The notes under the pieces are model-generated. The model was not told the DNA's origin, did no database searches, and worked only from the letters and a program-made list of their open reading frames with translations. From IMG/VR virus record IMGVR_UViG_3300047095_000752, positions 62,001-126,000 of that record: DNA of 64,000 nt. The stretch is one strand, 5' to 3'. Position numbers and translations under genes: made by a program. Below, one piece after another: positions 42,019-50,692 of the stretch. Numbering within the stretch: position 1 is the stretch's first letter; every line of letters starts with the position of its first letter.

Positions 42019-42312
42019 TTATTCTTCAGCGCCTACATACTCGATGAACTTATTGTCTTCGGTCAATTCGTAGATTGTATTTGCTGTGGGATTCTCCGGG
42101 AGAGTAGTCTCCGCCAGAAAGTCCTTGGGTGCTGTGATTGGGTCATACACCACACCTTCCTTGCCAGACAGGCGCTTCAGGAAGGAGAAGTCGTACGAGA
42201 TGGAGATTGTACCGTTGGGGCGCTTGAACTTGTACACTTTGAGCTTGTAGTAGCCCTTGGACTTGGAGTCTGACTTGGGTGTGGTCTTGGTGGCTTTTTC
42301 GGTCTTAGGCAT
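42019..42312 (-). CDS. Hypothetical protein (strong codon bias)
   Basis: AAGGA RBS, C/G-ending codons, followed by a terminator. Confidence 0.75.
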   Translation of the reverse strand: MPKTEKATKTTPKSDSKSKGYYKLKVYKFKRPNGTISISYDFSFLKRLSGKEGVVYDPITAPKDFLAETTLPENPTANTIYELTEDNKFIEYVGAEE

Positions 42313-42339
42313 TGTTGTATTCCTTTTAAGTTGAGTTGG

Positions 42340-42750
42340 TTACTTGCGTTTATCGACATTTAATACTTTTATTTCTTCTGGAGTCAATTTAGATCTTGCA
42401 GACTCTATTAATGCTTTTCTCTTCTTATCTTTCTCTTCTTTTTCAATGCGTCTTTTATCTGCTCTTTGATGTGTTTCCCACCAGTTTGCTAAATTTCTGG
42501 ATTGCCGGACTCTACCATTATATACGATATTGGTCAGTTCATCTTCGGTCATTTCAGATACCGTTTTACAAAGTAGAACTACTATATCATTTAACCTATG
42601 TGAATTTCCATAAAAATCTTGAGCGGCTTCTTTTATCCAGTCTGGGAGATCTATTGATTTTATAGAATTTATATATACCAAATGTTCCGATGCTTCTTTC
42701 GAGTCTTGTTCGGAGCGGTTCGGATTCATATACGACGAGTCGCATGGCAT
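42340..42750 (-). CDS. Phage hypothetical protein (MPCD...WWxxHQxxD type)
   Basis: MPCDSSY, LC, NWWETHQRAD, KLTPEE. Confidence 0.7.
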   Translation of the reverse strand: MPCDSSYMNPNRSEQDSKEASEHLVYINSIKSIDLPDWIKEAAQDFYGNSHRLNDIVVLLCKTVSEMTEDELTNIVYNGRVRQSRNLANWWETHQRADKRRIEKEEKDKKRKALIESARSKLTPEEIKVLNVDKRK

Positions 42751-42780
42751 TGTGGAGTTGGTGTCCTTTTGGTCCGGGAA

Positions 42781-43536
42781 TTACTTGTTAAAAAGTTTAG
42801 TCCAAGAAATAACACTATCTTTTGAGATAATTTGTTCACCCATTTTAAGCACTTTACCGTCACAGTGTACAATATTATTATAATATACATTTTTATTACC
42901 CTTGGTCGATTTTACCAGAGCAAAGTAATATCCTTTTTTATTAATTTGGTTTTCATGATCAAACTCGCGGTTTGTAAAAAACTCTGATATTGCATCGGAT
43001 TTGAGTTTATATTCGGTATTAAACAATTTAAACTCAGAAGCTTCGATACCATCATCTATATCTGTAAATTCATAACATTCAAAGTCTTGAAATCTCTCCA
43101 ATAAAGTGATTTCAAATATATTATCTTTATTGTCTTTGAATATAATATTGAAGCCACACTCATCGGTGTATAATGTATATGGCGTTTTTAGTTTAACTAA
43201 AAGCTGTTCATTAAATCTAACAAAATGTCTATCATAATATTCATTATATACTTGTTGGATGTCACTTTTAATAGAACTAAGATCCTCTAATTCCGAATAT
43301 GATATGCAATATATTTTACTCTCGCAAAGGAAATCGCCTAATGGCTCACACATTATGGTCAATGCTTTTAATTGCTCGGAGCTTACTTTATAGAACTTTT
43401 TGATATATCTGTCGAATTTTTCCACAGTTGTCAGCGGAAAATATTTGACGTGTGCATCCAACGTTTTTTGGTCCATTATGGATTCCTTTAAATTTTCGAC
43501 CATGCCAAAAGTCTGTATTTCAAATCGGTCCAGCAT
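42781..43536 (-). CDS. Hypothetical protein
   Basis: C-terminal YYFALV...VISWTKL like the DUF551-like family. Confidence 0.6.
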   Translation of the reverse strand: MLDRFEIQTFGMVENLKESIMDQKTLDAHVKYFPLTTVEKFDRYIKKFYKVSSEQLKALTIMCEPLGDFLCESKIYCISYSELEDLSSIKSDIQQVYNEYYDRHFVRFNEQLLVKLKTPYTLYTDECGFNIIFKDNKDNIFEITLLERFQDFECYEFTDIDDGIEASEFKLFNTEYKLKSDAISEFFTNREFDHENQINKKGYYFALVKSTKGNKNVYYNNIVHCDGKVLKMGEQIISKDSVISWTKLFNK

Positions 43537-43988
43537 TTGTTTTTATTATCATAAGTTTTAAACCAATCGTTGTCTATATACTTACATACGTACATGTTGT
43601 AGTTTGATAATCTTTTTGTTGTCATACTGAATATATCCATAGTTACACAAAAATAAAGATCATTTTCAGTTGAATTCTTAGGGTAATTGAATAACTCCAT
43701 TTGTAGTCCATTTATAATATAACTATAATCACTCGATACCATTTTATTCAAAATTTTATCGGAAGATGTAATTGATGGTAAATCAATTTCGTAATACATA
43801 TCAGCGTAACTTGTATTACTTTGGATTTCCCGTATAGCTCCAGCTTCATCTTTATAACATAAATCCGTCATGTTTAATCTTAATAGACTACCACGTAAAC
43901 TATGATCTGGTATGTAAACTTTATATGGGATTAATTTTTTGTATTTTGTTTTAATTTTCTTTTCGAGTTTACTCTGGTCTTCGTCCAT
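43488..43988 (-). CDS. Hypothetical protein (DUF551-like C-terminal family)
   Basis: LYFCV...W...W...LLAWSKI; GGAG RBS. Confidence 0.65.
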   Translation of the reverse strand: MDEDQSKLEKKIKTKYKKLIPYKVYIPDHSLRGSLLRLNMTDLCYKDEAGAIREIQSNTSYADMYYEIDLPSITSSDKILNKMVSSDYSYIINGLQMELFNYPKNSTENDLYFCVTMDIFSMTTKRLSNYNMYVCKYIDNDWFKTYDNKNKCWTDLKYRLLAWSKI

Positions 43989-44012
43989 GCTCGACTCCTT
44001 GTTGTTGCGAGG

Positions 44013-44180
44013 CTATTTTCTATTTTTATCAAGCCACTCTTTTAGTTCATCTTCGGAATACCGTATACAACTACCAATTATCATATGTGGTATTTCCTTA
44101 TTTTCTCGGAGTTTACATAGTGTACTTTTTGATACACTTAGCCATTCAGACACTTCGGATTCGGTCAACATTTTTTTCAT
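44013..44180 (-). CDS. Excisionase-family (HTH_17) small DNA-binding protein, 55 aa (not in ORF track)
   Basis: MKKMLTESEVSEWLSVSKSTLCKLRENKEIPHMIIGSCIRYSEDELKEWL; AAGGA RBS. Confidence 0.85.
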   Translation of the reverse strand: MKKMLTESEVSEWLSVSKSTLCKLRENKEIPHMIIGSCIRYSEDELKEWLDKNRK

Positions 44181-44193
44181 TATGAGATTCCTT

Positions 44194-44607
44194 TTAGTTT
44201 TCGGTGGTGTTTATCGTGAATTGTTCTAAGAGATTAAGTACTTCTAAAGCCTCTTCAAACCTTAATGCTGGGTGTTCAGATCTATGTTTAGTTCTAACTC
44301 CCGTTATTTCAACCTTATGTAAATAGCGGTGCCCATCCCAATGGAATTCATAAAATATTTTTTCTTTTTCAACTTCATCGTATCTCGCATTATCCCTCAA
44401 AAATTTATTTACGGAATTCATAAACTTTTCTTTTTTCTTATATTTCCATATAATGAATATACCTAAGCTTAGATTGTGACCTGATTTTAACATATCGCCC
44501 CCTAAAATTTCATTGACTTTATGGTATTTTTCTAATATCTCACGTAACAAAATAGTTCGTTTTTCCAAGTCTTTTAATAGCCGTTCTATGGCTCGTCCGG
44601 ATTTCAT
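44194..44607 (-). CDS. Hypothetical protein
   Basis: 137 aa, AAGGA RBS. Confidence 0.65.
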   Translation of the reverse strand: MKSGRAIERLLKDLEKRTILLREILEKYHKVNEILGGDMLKSGHNLSLGIFIIWKYKKKEKFMNSVNKFLRDNARYDEVEKEKIFYEFHWDGHRYLHKVEITGVRTKHRSEHPALRFEEALEVLNLLEQFTINTTEN

Positions 44608-44622
44608 TTTTGGTGGTGTCCT

Positions 44623-45699
44623 TTAAGGTTGAATATAAAATCCGAAATAAAATATTGTACATAACATGAGTATAAATGATATGAATATAAATACTGTGTC
44701 GAAGTATATATGTGGTTTGATAAACTCTTTAAACTTATGAAATAAATCATCAACCTCATCTACAATATCTGTTAGAATTGTATTATTCCCTATATATTTT
44801 GTAGCTTGATATGTAGGTTCTCGGACTATTATCGGAGTCTGTACTATCATGGGATCCGGAGTCTGTAACTTATAATCGTTATTCATATTTCGAATCATAT
44901 GAGCGATATTATCATCACTTTCATTTGCGATCCATTTTATAATCTGTTCAACTTCGGCTATAGCACAGTCCATGCGTTCTTTTGTTTCAACATGTATTGA
45001 TTTAAAAGTTGTTTCGGTATTTGTTGGTGTCATTGTAAAGCTAGATATATATGGTTTAACATTGAGTATCGACTTTATGATAGTTATTTTATCGGCTGTT
45101 ATATCACCATCTGTATGAATTGTTCGATTACTAGGTAACGGTGGGGGTAAATCCGACCTATTATAATTCGTATATGATGGATTTCTATGATATTGTTTTA
45201 AATCATTTACTAAGCTACTTATACTAAAATTTTCATCTACATAATAATATTTATGACTCCCTTCAACAATTTCAATATATTGTATAAGGTCATCATGATA
45301 ATACTGATATGCCTGTGATGGTGAGTATGACCAATCTATATTATCATTATCTAGACATTTTAATATAGGTCTAGTTTCGAATATAAAACATTCATTCGTA
45401 TCACCCACAAAACATGATGTTGGTAATGGATCATCTGAATACTTCGTCTGTAGCTGTTTTAAATAAAATATACATTGTATTATAACGGATTGTCTATTTG
45501 ATGCTTTTGTAAAATCTTTTTTGTATTTAACTTCTATTAGACAATGGACGCCATCGCCTTTCATTAAGCCGTCTGATATACATGGAGAAGTTATAATACA
45601 ATTATCTAAATTATTATAAAACATTGTTCTATATGCGGATTCTACATCCTTCTCAGCATGTGCCACATCTAGTTGTTTCATTAATTGTTTTGCATTCAT
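44623..45699 (-). CDS. PD-(D/E)XK nuclease-domain protein with C-terminal transmembrane helix
   Basis: SDG...LIEVK...IIQCIFYL aligns with the N-terminus of 46148-48583; C-terminal FIFISFILMLCTIFYFGFYI; start MNAKQL. Confidence 0.75.
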   Translation of the reverse strand: MNAKQLMKQLDVAHAEKDVESAYRTMFYNNLDNCIITSPCISDGLMKGDGVHCLIEVKYKKDFTKASNRQSVIIQCIFYLKQLQTKYSDDPLPTSCFVGDTNECFIFETRPILKCLDNDNIDWSYSPSQAYQYYHDDLIQYIEIVEGSHKYYYVDENFSISSLVNDLKQYHRNPSYTNYNRSDLPPPLPSNRTIHTDGDITADKITIIKSILNVKPYISSFTMTPTNTETTFKSIHVETKERMDCAIAEVEQIIKWIANESDDNIAHMIRNMNNDYKLQTPDPMIVQTPIIVREPTYQATKYIGNNTILTDIVDEVDDLFHKFKEFIKPHIYFDTVFIFISFILMLCTIFYFGFYIQP

Positions 45700-45730
45700 T
45701 ATAAACAAACTCCAAAATAAAATGCAGTAA

Positions 45731-46144
45731 TCAACATTCCCAATCAAAATCCGAGTCATCAGTATCATCTGATTTATTTATTGTATTTGATTTTACATTT
45801 TGTCTAAGTTTATATAAAATAGAAACCCATATCCAACATATCCAACATATCCATAATAATAAAATGGGGGGTCCGAAAAGCTTTTCTTCAACTATATCTA
45901 ATGCGCCAAACGTAAAAGATAGAATAATTAAAACTATTAATGATATAATTTTCAGTGTAGTACTTTTAGCACATTTTTCATATATATTATAATTAGAATT
46001 TAAGTCCTCTGTTATATCAATTACGAATTTAATTAATATACCAAGTACAGCAACTATTAAAACTATAATAGCTATTGGTGGAGATAATATAAATACAATT
46101 ATAAATAAAAATAAACACCCCAGAAGAGCACATATTTCAATCAT
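45731..46144 (-). CDS. Integral membrane protein (about 4 TM)
   Basis: Four hydrophobic segments, acidic tail. Confidence 0.7.
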   Translation of the reverse strand: MIEICALLGCLFLFIIVFILSPPIAIIVLIVAVLGILIKFVIDITEDLNSNYNIYEKCAKSTTLKIISLIVLIILSFTFGALDIVEEKLFGPPILLLWICWICWIWVSILYKLRQNVKSNTINKSDDTDDSDFDWEC

Positions 46145-46147
46145 TAT

Positions 46148-48583
46148 TCATTTCCTTAAGAACCCAAGTTCATAGACCATTGGAATCATACGTTGTTCAA
46201 ATGCCTTGTACTGGTCTCTAAAGGCTTTGAACTCTTCCGCATAATACTTCTTCCATACGAGCTTTAGCTGGGCGTAGCCACTGTCCCAGCTATCCAGATG
46301 GTAGTCCGGATGTGATTGTGACATCAACTTGCGAACAGCCATAGACTTCAACAATAACTCTGTGGCTGCATCCAATACTTCGCGAGCATCTTGTGATAGC
46401 TCTATATCTTTTAGTTTATTATATACGAATCTTTCTTGTTTATTATTTTTGACATCTTTATAAAGACTATCATAATTAGCATTATTTGCCGCCTCCATTA
46501 TTTGATCTGTTGATAGCCAGAAGAATTCGTTTTTAATATCCCATAGTTTATCTTTATATGTTATTTGACGTAGGGATGATTGTTGGGAAGAATTATTGAA
46601 AAGTGAATATACAATAGAGTCATTTACAAATTGTTGCCATTCCGGGTGGTCTTCATTCGGAGCTATATATTCGTCTTTATCATTAATCCAAGTGCCTTTA
46701 ATGGATTTTCTTGCTGTGAACAATGTAGTCACTTTATAAAAGTTTTCATTCATAATCGAGAACCCATTACCTTTGGATGAGCAACTTGAAAATAAAGCGA
46801 CTCCACATGAATTTTCATATGCATTATTTGAAGTGTTTAACATATAACCCATATTATTATCTAAAGATGTTCCATAGCCGGTCTGTTTAATTTTCATGGA
46901 GCTACTTAGATATGGAAAATCTTTTTTAACTTTATTTTTTAAATTTTCTCGAACCCAATCACTACATGGCTTTAAATTATCTAAATTGTATAAAGATTTC
47001 CTACTAATACTTGATATACCGGTGTAAATTATATCCTTAATGTCGCTATTAAATTCATTATTTATAGTTTTTCCACTTTTCCATATACTGAAATCAATTC
47101 CCCAAGATTCCGCTGTGTCTGAAAAATGATTTGCGCAAAATAACATACTATATATAAATTCAAATTTATTTAAAAATTTTTCTCTAAATTTATTAAATGA
47201 TGGGCTTGTCTTGTATGATGATTTGGCGAATACTACTATAGTTATATTATTATTTATATTCAATTTATATATTCTATATAAGAATTGTGTGTATAAATTT
47301 TGGGCAGATTTACCCCATCCTTCTTCTATCATTTTTTTATTTAGTTTTGTATTTGCAACACCATCTTTATGTGAACCGTTCGATTTCATCATATTCCCCT
47401 GCCGAGCATAAGGAGGATTGATAAAAAACAGTATTTCTTTACCTTCCTTTAATGAAGATTTAAGTCTATCGGGTAGTTTTCTACCTTCATCATTCAAAAA
47501 GTCAAATTGAAATATCGTAGCATTTGAATTATACCCCATATCTTTAATTGTATCTATATCAGACTGTTCCAAAGTCGATAGATACAATTCTTTGAAATTA
47601 TAGTCCCGAGTTAAATTGGCAGATCCACATGCACAGTCCCATACGATATAGCGATCTTTCCAGTCTTCGCCGAGATGATTTGAAATCTCTTTATGTGCTT
47701 CGTCGGCCCAGACGGCGGGAGTGAAAAACTCTCCCTTGCGCCTACGAGTCTCGTCTTCAATTAATCTATCCCCATATGCAGTCAATTCTTCTTTTTCATT
47801 TGGTGTATAATTAATACCTTCGTATTTCTTAAAAAACGATTTAAATTCTTTTACTTTAACATTCCCATAATTTTTAGTAAAAAGAATAGTGGGGTTATTA
47901 GAATTGAGACCGTTTTCATCTGAATTTATAAGCAATTGTAGAAACAAATTAACCCGTTGATTGATAGATAATTTACAAGGGCTAGACTTTGTATCTACAA
48001 GGATTTCTTTATCGAATATATCAAAAGCCGCAACAATGTTTTTATTGTTGATTTTTACTTTAGTCAAATCACCGGAGTGGATCTTAATCAAAGTATCAAC
48101 TACATCATTAAGCTTAAATTTATCATCTATGAAATAGCAAAATGAATTATATTCTTGTATGTCAATATCTTCTGAGAGTTCAACCATAAGCTCAGGGTTG
48201 TTCATATGGGCAGTAGATGCCGAACCCTTGATATCTTTATTCAAATACTTCTTTAGAACCTTAGCGTCTAAAATAAAGCATTCGTCATTATCACCGATAA
48301 ATATGGAGGTTGGTAAAGCTTTACCATTTTTATGAAAATCTTGTAGATAATACAAGCACTGTATAAGGACAGTTACTCGGTCTTCGATTTTCTTAAAGTT
48401 TAGATCTCGCTTGAATTCCAATAATGAAAAAATATTATCACCAATGATAATACCATCCATATTTTGTTCGCGAGTTATCTGGATATCCTTTTCTTTTTTG
48501 AATAGCTTATCAAAATATTTCTTGTAAACCATTTCAATGTCGGATTCATTCTTCGTTTTTTGCAGGTCTGCGTATAGGCTCAT
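46148..48583 (-). CDS. Type IIG-like restriction-modification fusion (PD-(D/E)XK nuclease + N6-adenine methyltransferase + TRD)
   Basis: MDG...LLEFK; GEFFTP; WDCACGSANL; INPPY. Confidence 0.85.
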   Translation of the reverse strand: MSLYADLQKTKNESDIEMVYKKYFDKLFKKEKDIQITREQNMDGIIIGDNIFSLLEFKRDLNFKKIEDRVTVLIQCLYYLQDFHKNGKALPTSIFIGDNDECFILDAKVLKKYLNKDIKGSASTAHMNNPELMVELSEDIDIQEYNSFCYFIDDKFKLNDVVDTLIKIHSGDLTKVKINNKNIVAAFDIFDKEILVDTKSSPCKLSINQRVNLFLQLLINSDENGLNSNNPTILFTKNYGNVKVKEFKSFFKKYEGINYTPNEKEELTAYGDRLIEDETRRRKGEFFTPAVWADEAHKEISNHLGEDWKDRYIVWDCACGSANLTRDYNFKELYLSTLEQSDIDTIKDMGYNSNATIFQFDFLNDEGRKLPDRLKSSLKEGKEILFFINPPYARQGNMMKSNGSHKDGVANTKLNKKMIEEGWGKSAQNLYTQFLYRIYKLNINNNITIVVFAKSSYKTSPSFNKFREKFLNKFEFIYSMLFCANHFSDTAESWGIDFSIWKSGKTINNEFNSDIKDIIYTGISSISRKSLYNLDNLKPCSDWVRENLKNKVKKDFPYLSSSMKIKQTGYGTSLDNNMGYMLNTSNNAYENSCGVALFSSCSSKGNGFSIMNENFYKVTTLFTARKSIKGTWINDKDEYIAPNEDHPEWQQFVNDSIVYSLFNNSSQQSSLRQITYKDKLWDIKNEFFWLSTDQIMEAANNANYDSLYKDVKNNKQERFVYNKLKDIELSQDAREVLDAATELLLKSMAVRKLMSQSHPDYHLDSWDSGYAQLKLVWKKYYAEEFKAFRDQYKAFEQRMIPMVYELGFLRK

Positions 48584-48607
48584 GAGAGTTCCTCGTGTTG
48601 GTTTTTA

Positions 48608-49102
48608 TTATTTTATAGCTTTTAATCCTAATTTCCATCTTTTCTTGATTGAGGTTAAATATTTACTTACATCTTTATCATGTCCATGTATAATTGCATA
48701 TGGTGGGTCGTCTTCGTAAAAAGTCCATTGGTCCTCATGGGGTCCGTCCAAATCCTCTGCTAATTCCTTAATTTTCAAATATATATTTTCAATTTCTTCA
48801 TTTTCATAATATCGAAACTTAGACGGTTTAAGTGAAAAACATCCTTTACGTTCACCAAATATAAGTCCGGTATGTATATAACCGTCGGTGTATATTTTAT
48901 CTAAAAGGCGTATAACCCTCGTATCATGATCTTCATCCCAAAGAACAGCAAAATCTAAGTGCTTAGGTTTTTTCAAATCGTTATTATCAAAATCTTTCCA
49001 AACTACAGTCCTAAATATAGAATAATGGGTTCCCCGTCCGAGATCGGTTGATGGACTTTGTTCATCATAAATAGTTTTAAAATAGCTGGAATATTGTACC
49101 AT
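48608..49102 (-). CDS. Hypothetical protein
   Basis: 164 aa, GAGG RBS, first gene after a sigma70 promoter. Confidence 0.7.
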   Translation of the reverse strand: MVQYSSYFKTIYDEQSPSTDLGRGTHYSIFRTVVWKDFDNNDLKKPKHLDFAVLWDEDHDTRVIRLLDKIYTDGYIHTGLIFGERKGCFSLKPSKFRYYENEEIENIYLKIKELAEDLDGPHEDQWTFYEDDPPYAIIHGHDKDVSKYLTSIKKRWKLGLKAIK

Positions 49103-49286
49103 ATTAATTGTCCCTCGTGTTCTTGGAAAATAAATAACGGTCCGCGCTAAATGCCACTAAATGACTATAAGTGACGAAGTAGGTGATTGCTTAAACTTCA
49201 GCGTTACTTCAACTAAAGCTAAACCCTCTCAGACCGGGGAACGTAAAGTTCCCTGTACTCAAAACGTGATCATATCAAGTAAATAT

Positions 49287-49315
49287 AGTGTACCATCGAA
49301 TCTAGATCCTGTCAA
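49287..49315 (-). promoter_or_regulatory. Sigma70-type promoter upstream of the R-M cassette
   Basis: TTGACA-17 nt-TACACT with TG extended -10. Confidence 0.65.
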
Positions 49316-49337
49316 CTTATGATGTTAGTTTATACTT

Positions 49338-50180
49338 TTATTGAATCGAATCCAACAAGTTTCGAGACTCTATGAGTTGGGATTGGGTTACAAATGGAGC
49401 ACGTGGTGGATCGGTGACATCATCGGATACAGTGACATCCGGAAAATCATATACGCTATCGGATGTATTCATAGCGGCAATTTGATTTGAAAGTGAAGTG
49501 AACGACTCCAGTATATTTTTATATCGTGCGTTTTCTGCATTTCTCAGTTTATTCAAATTGGCTTCAATTGTTTTAATATTCGTTTCAAGTGTCGCAAATT
49601 TCTGATCCATATCATTTTTAAATTCATTGAATTTTTCAATCATTACAATTTCAACATTATCTGCAATCTCGGATGTTCTGTATTGAATTTCATTTTTAAT
49701 ATCGGTCGACTGCTTTTCGATGGTTTCTTCGAATGTGGATTTAACGTCCGAACCAATTCTCGTTAGAGATACTTCCCGGTGAGTATTCTTATATGTATCC
49801 TGTAGATTTTGGGTCTGTTCGCCCAATATTTCTCTCAACATACTCGAAATATTATTATACAATTTATTATGGGCTGTGGTTTTATTTGGACTTCCTTTGG
49901 GGCGTCCGGTACGTTTTTGTTCGCGGCGCACTTTGCCCCACAATTCCAGATCAGACTTGAGGTTCAAAAGAGCGGGACAATCTTGAAAGTTATTCCAGTT
50001 ATATGTGTACGGATAATCATTTTCTACAAGTATATTTTGTATAGATCTCATTTTATCTCGGCAGGTTGGGTCCGAATGATTATACAAAAACCCCCGGATG
50101 GTGTATATCGAATAGCCGGAGTGGTTAGCAATGAACTGTACAATGCAGGTGGTTTGATCTGTTTTTGGGTTAGTGGGCAT
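49338..50180 (-). CDS. AT-hook and coiled-coil protein
   Basis: KRTGRPKGS, heptad-rich C-terminal half. Confidence 0.65.
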   Translation of the reverse strand: MPTNPKTDQTTCIVQFIANHSGYSIYTIRGFLYNHSDPTCRDKMRSIQNILVENDYPYTYNWNNFQDCPALLNLKSDLELWGKVRREQKRTGRPKGSPNKTTAHNKLYNNISSMLREILGEQTQNLQDTYKNTHREVSLTRIGSDVKSTFEETIEKQSTDIKNEIQYRTSEIADNVEIVMIEKFNEFKNDMDQKFATLETNIKTIEANLNKLRNAENARYKNILESFTSLSNQIAAMNTSDSVYDFPDVTVSDDVTDPPRAPFVTQSQLIESRNLLDSIQ

Positions 50181-50238
50181 TTTTAAACCTTTTCATGTTA
50201 AGTTGGGGGGTGAGTGTACTTACAGTGGTCTGTTAAAC

Positions 50239-50691
50239 TTAAACGGTTGAGGTATGCCCCGACTCCACCGGAATTTTACAATTGGCATTTATTGTCTTAA
50301 TCAATTCCATCCGAGATTTCATGGGTAGACTATTTACGGCTTTATATACCCGATCTATCTGTTCTTGCTCATGTTGTTCCCGGCGGCGAATCTGGTCCTT
50401 TATGTTAAAATCCATCGTGTCACATCTATTGTTGTATTCTTCTTCGGTCTCATATCTATAATTTACAATCTCATATCCGCCACATTTATAGTCATCACCA
50501 AATTGATATTTAACAACTTGTTTAACCCATTTTGGATTGTGGTTGTTATCAAGCAATTCTATAATTTTATTTTTAGCGTCATCCAAAAGTAATCCGTCAA
50601 GGTCATCAATCATAGAGTCTAGCTCAATTATCGATGATCTTTTCAAAAGCTTCTTGGATTCGTAATCTCTGGCTGTGAGTTCTACTTTCAT
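50239..50691 (-). CDS. Hypothetical protein, YRYETxxE family
   Basis: IVNYRYETEEEYNNR. Confidence 0.65.
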   Translation of the reverse strand: MKVELTARDYESKKLLKRSSIIELDSMIDDLDGLLLDDAKNKIIELLDNNHNPKWVKQVVKYQFGDDYKCGGYEIVNYRYETEEEYNNRCDTMDFNIKDQIRRREQHEQEQIDRVYKAVNSLPMKSRMELIKTINANCKIPVESGHTSTV

Positions 50692-50692
50692 T

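Noticed and set aside
44013-44180. Evidence of a prophage excision module
   Set aside because: HTH_17 proteins are common stand-alone regulators; no integrase or att site is visible
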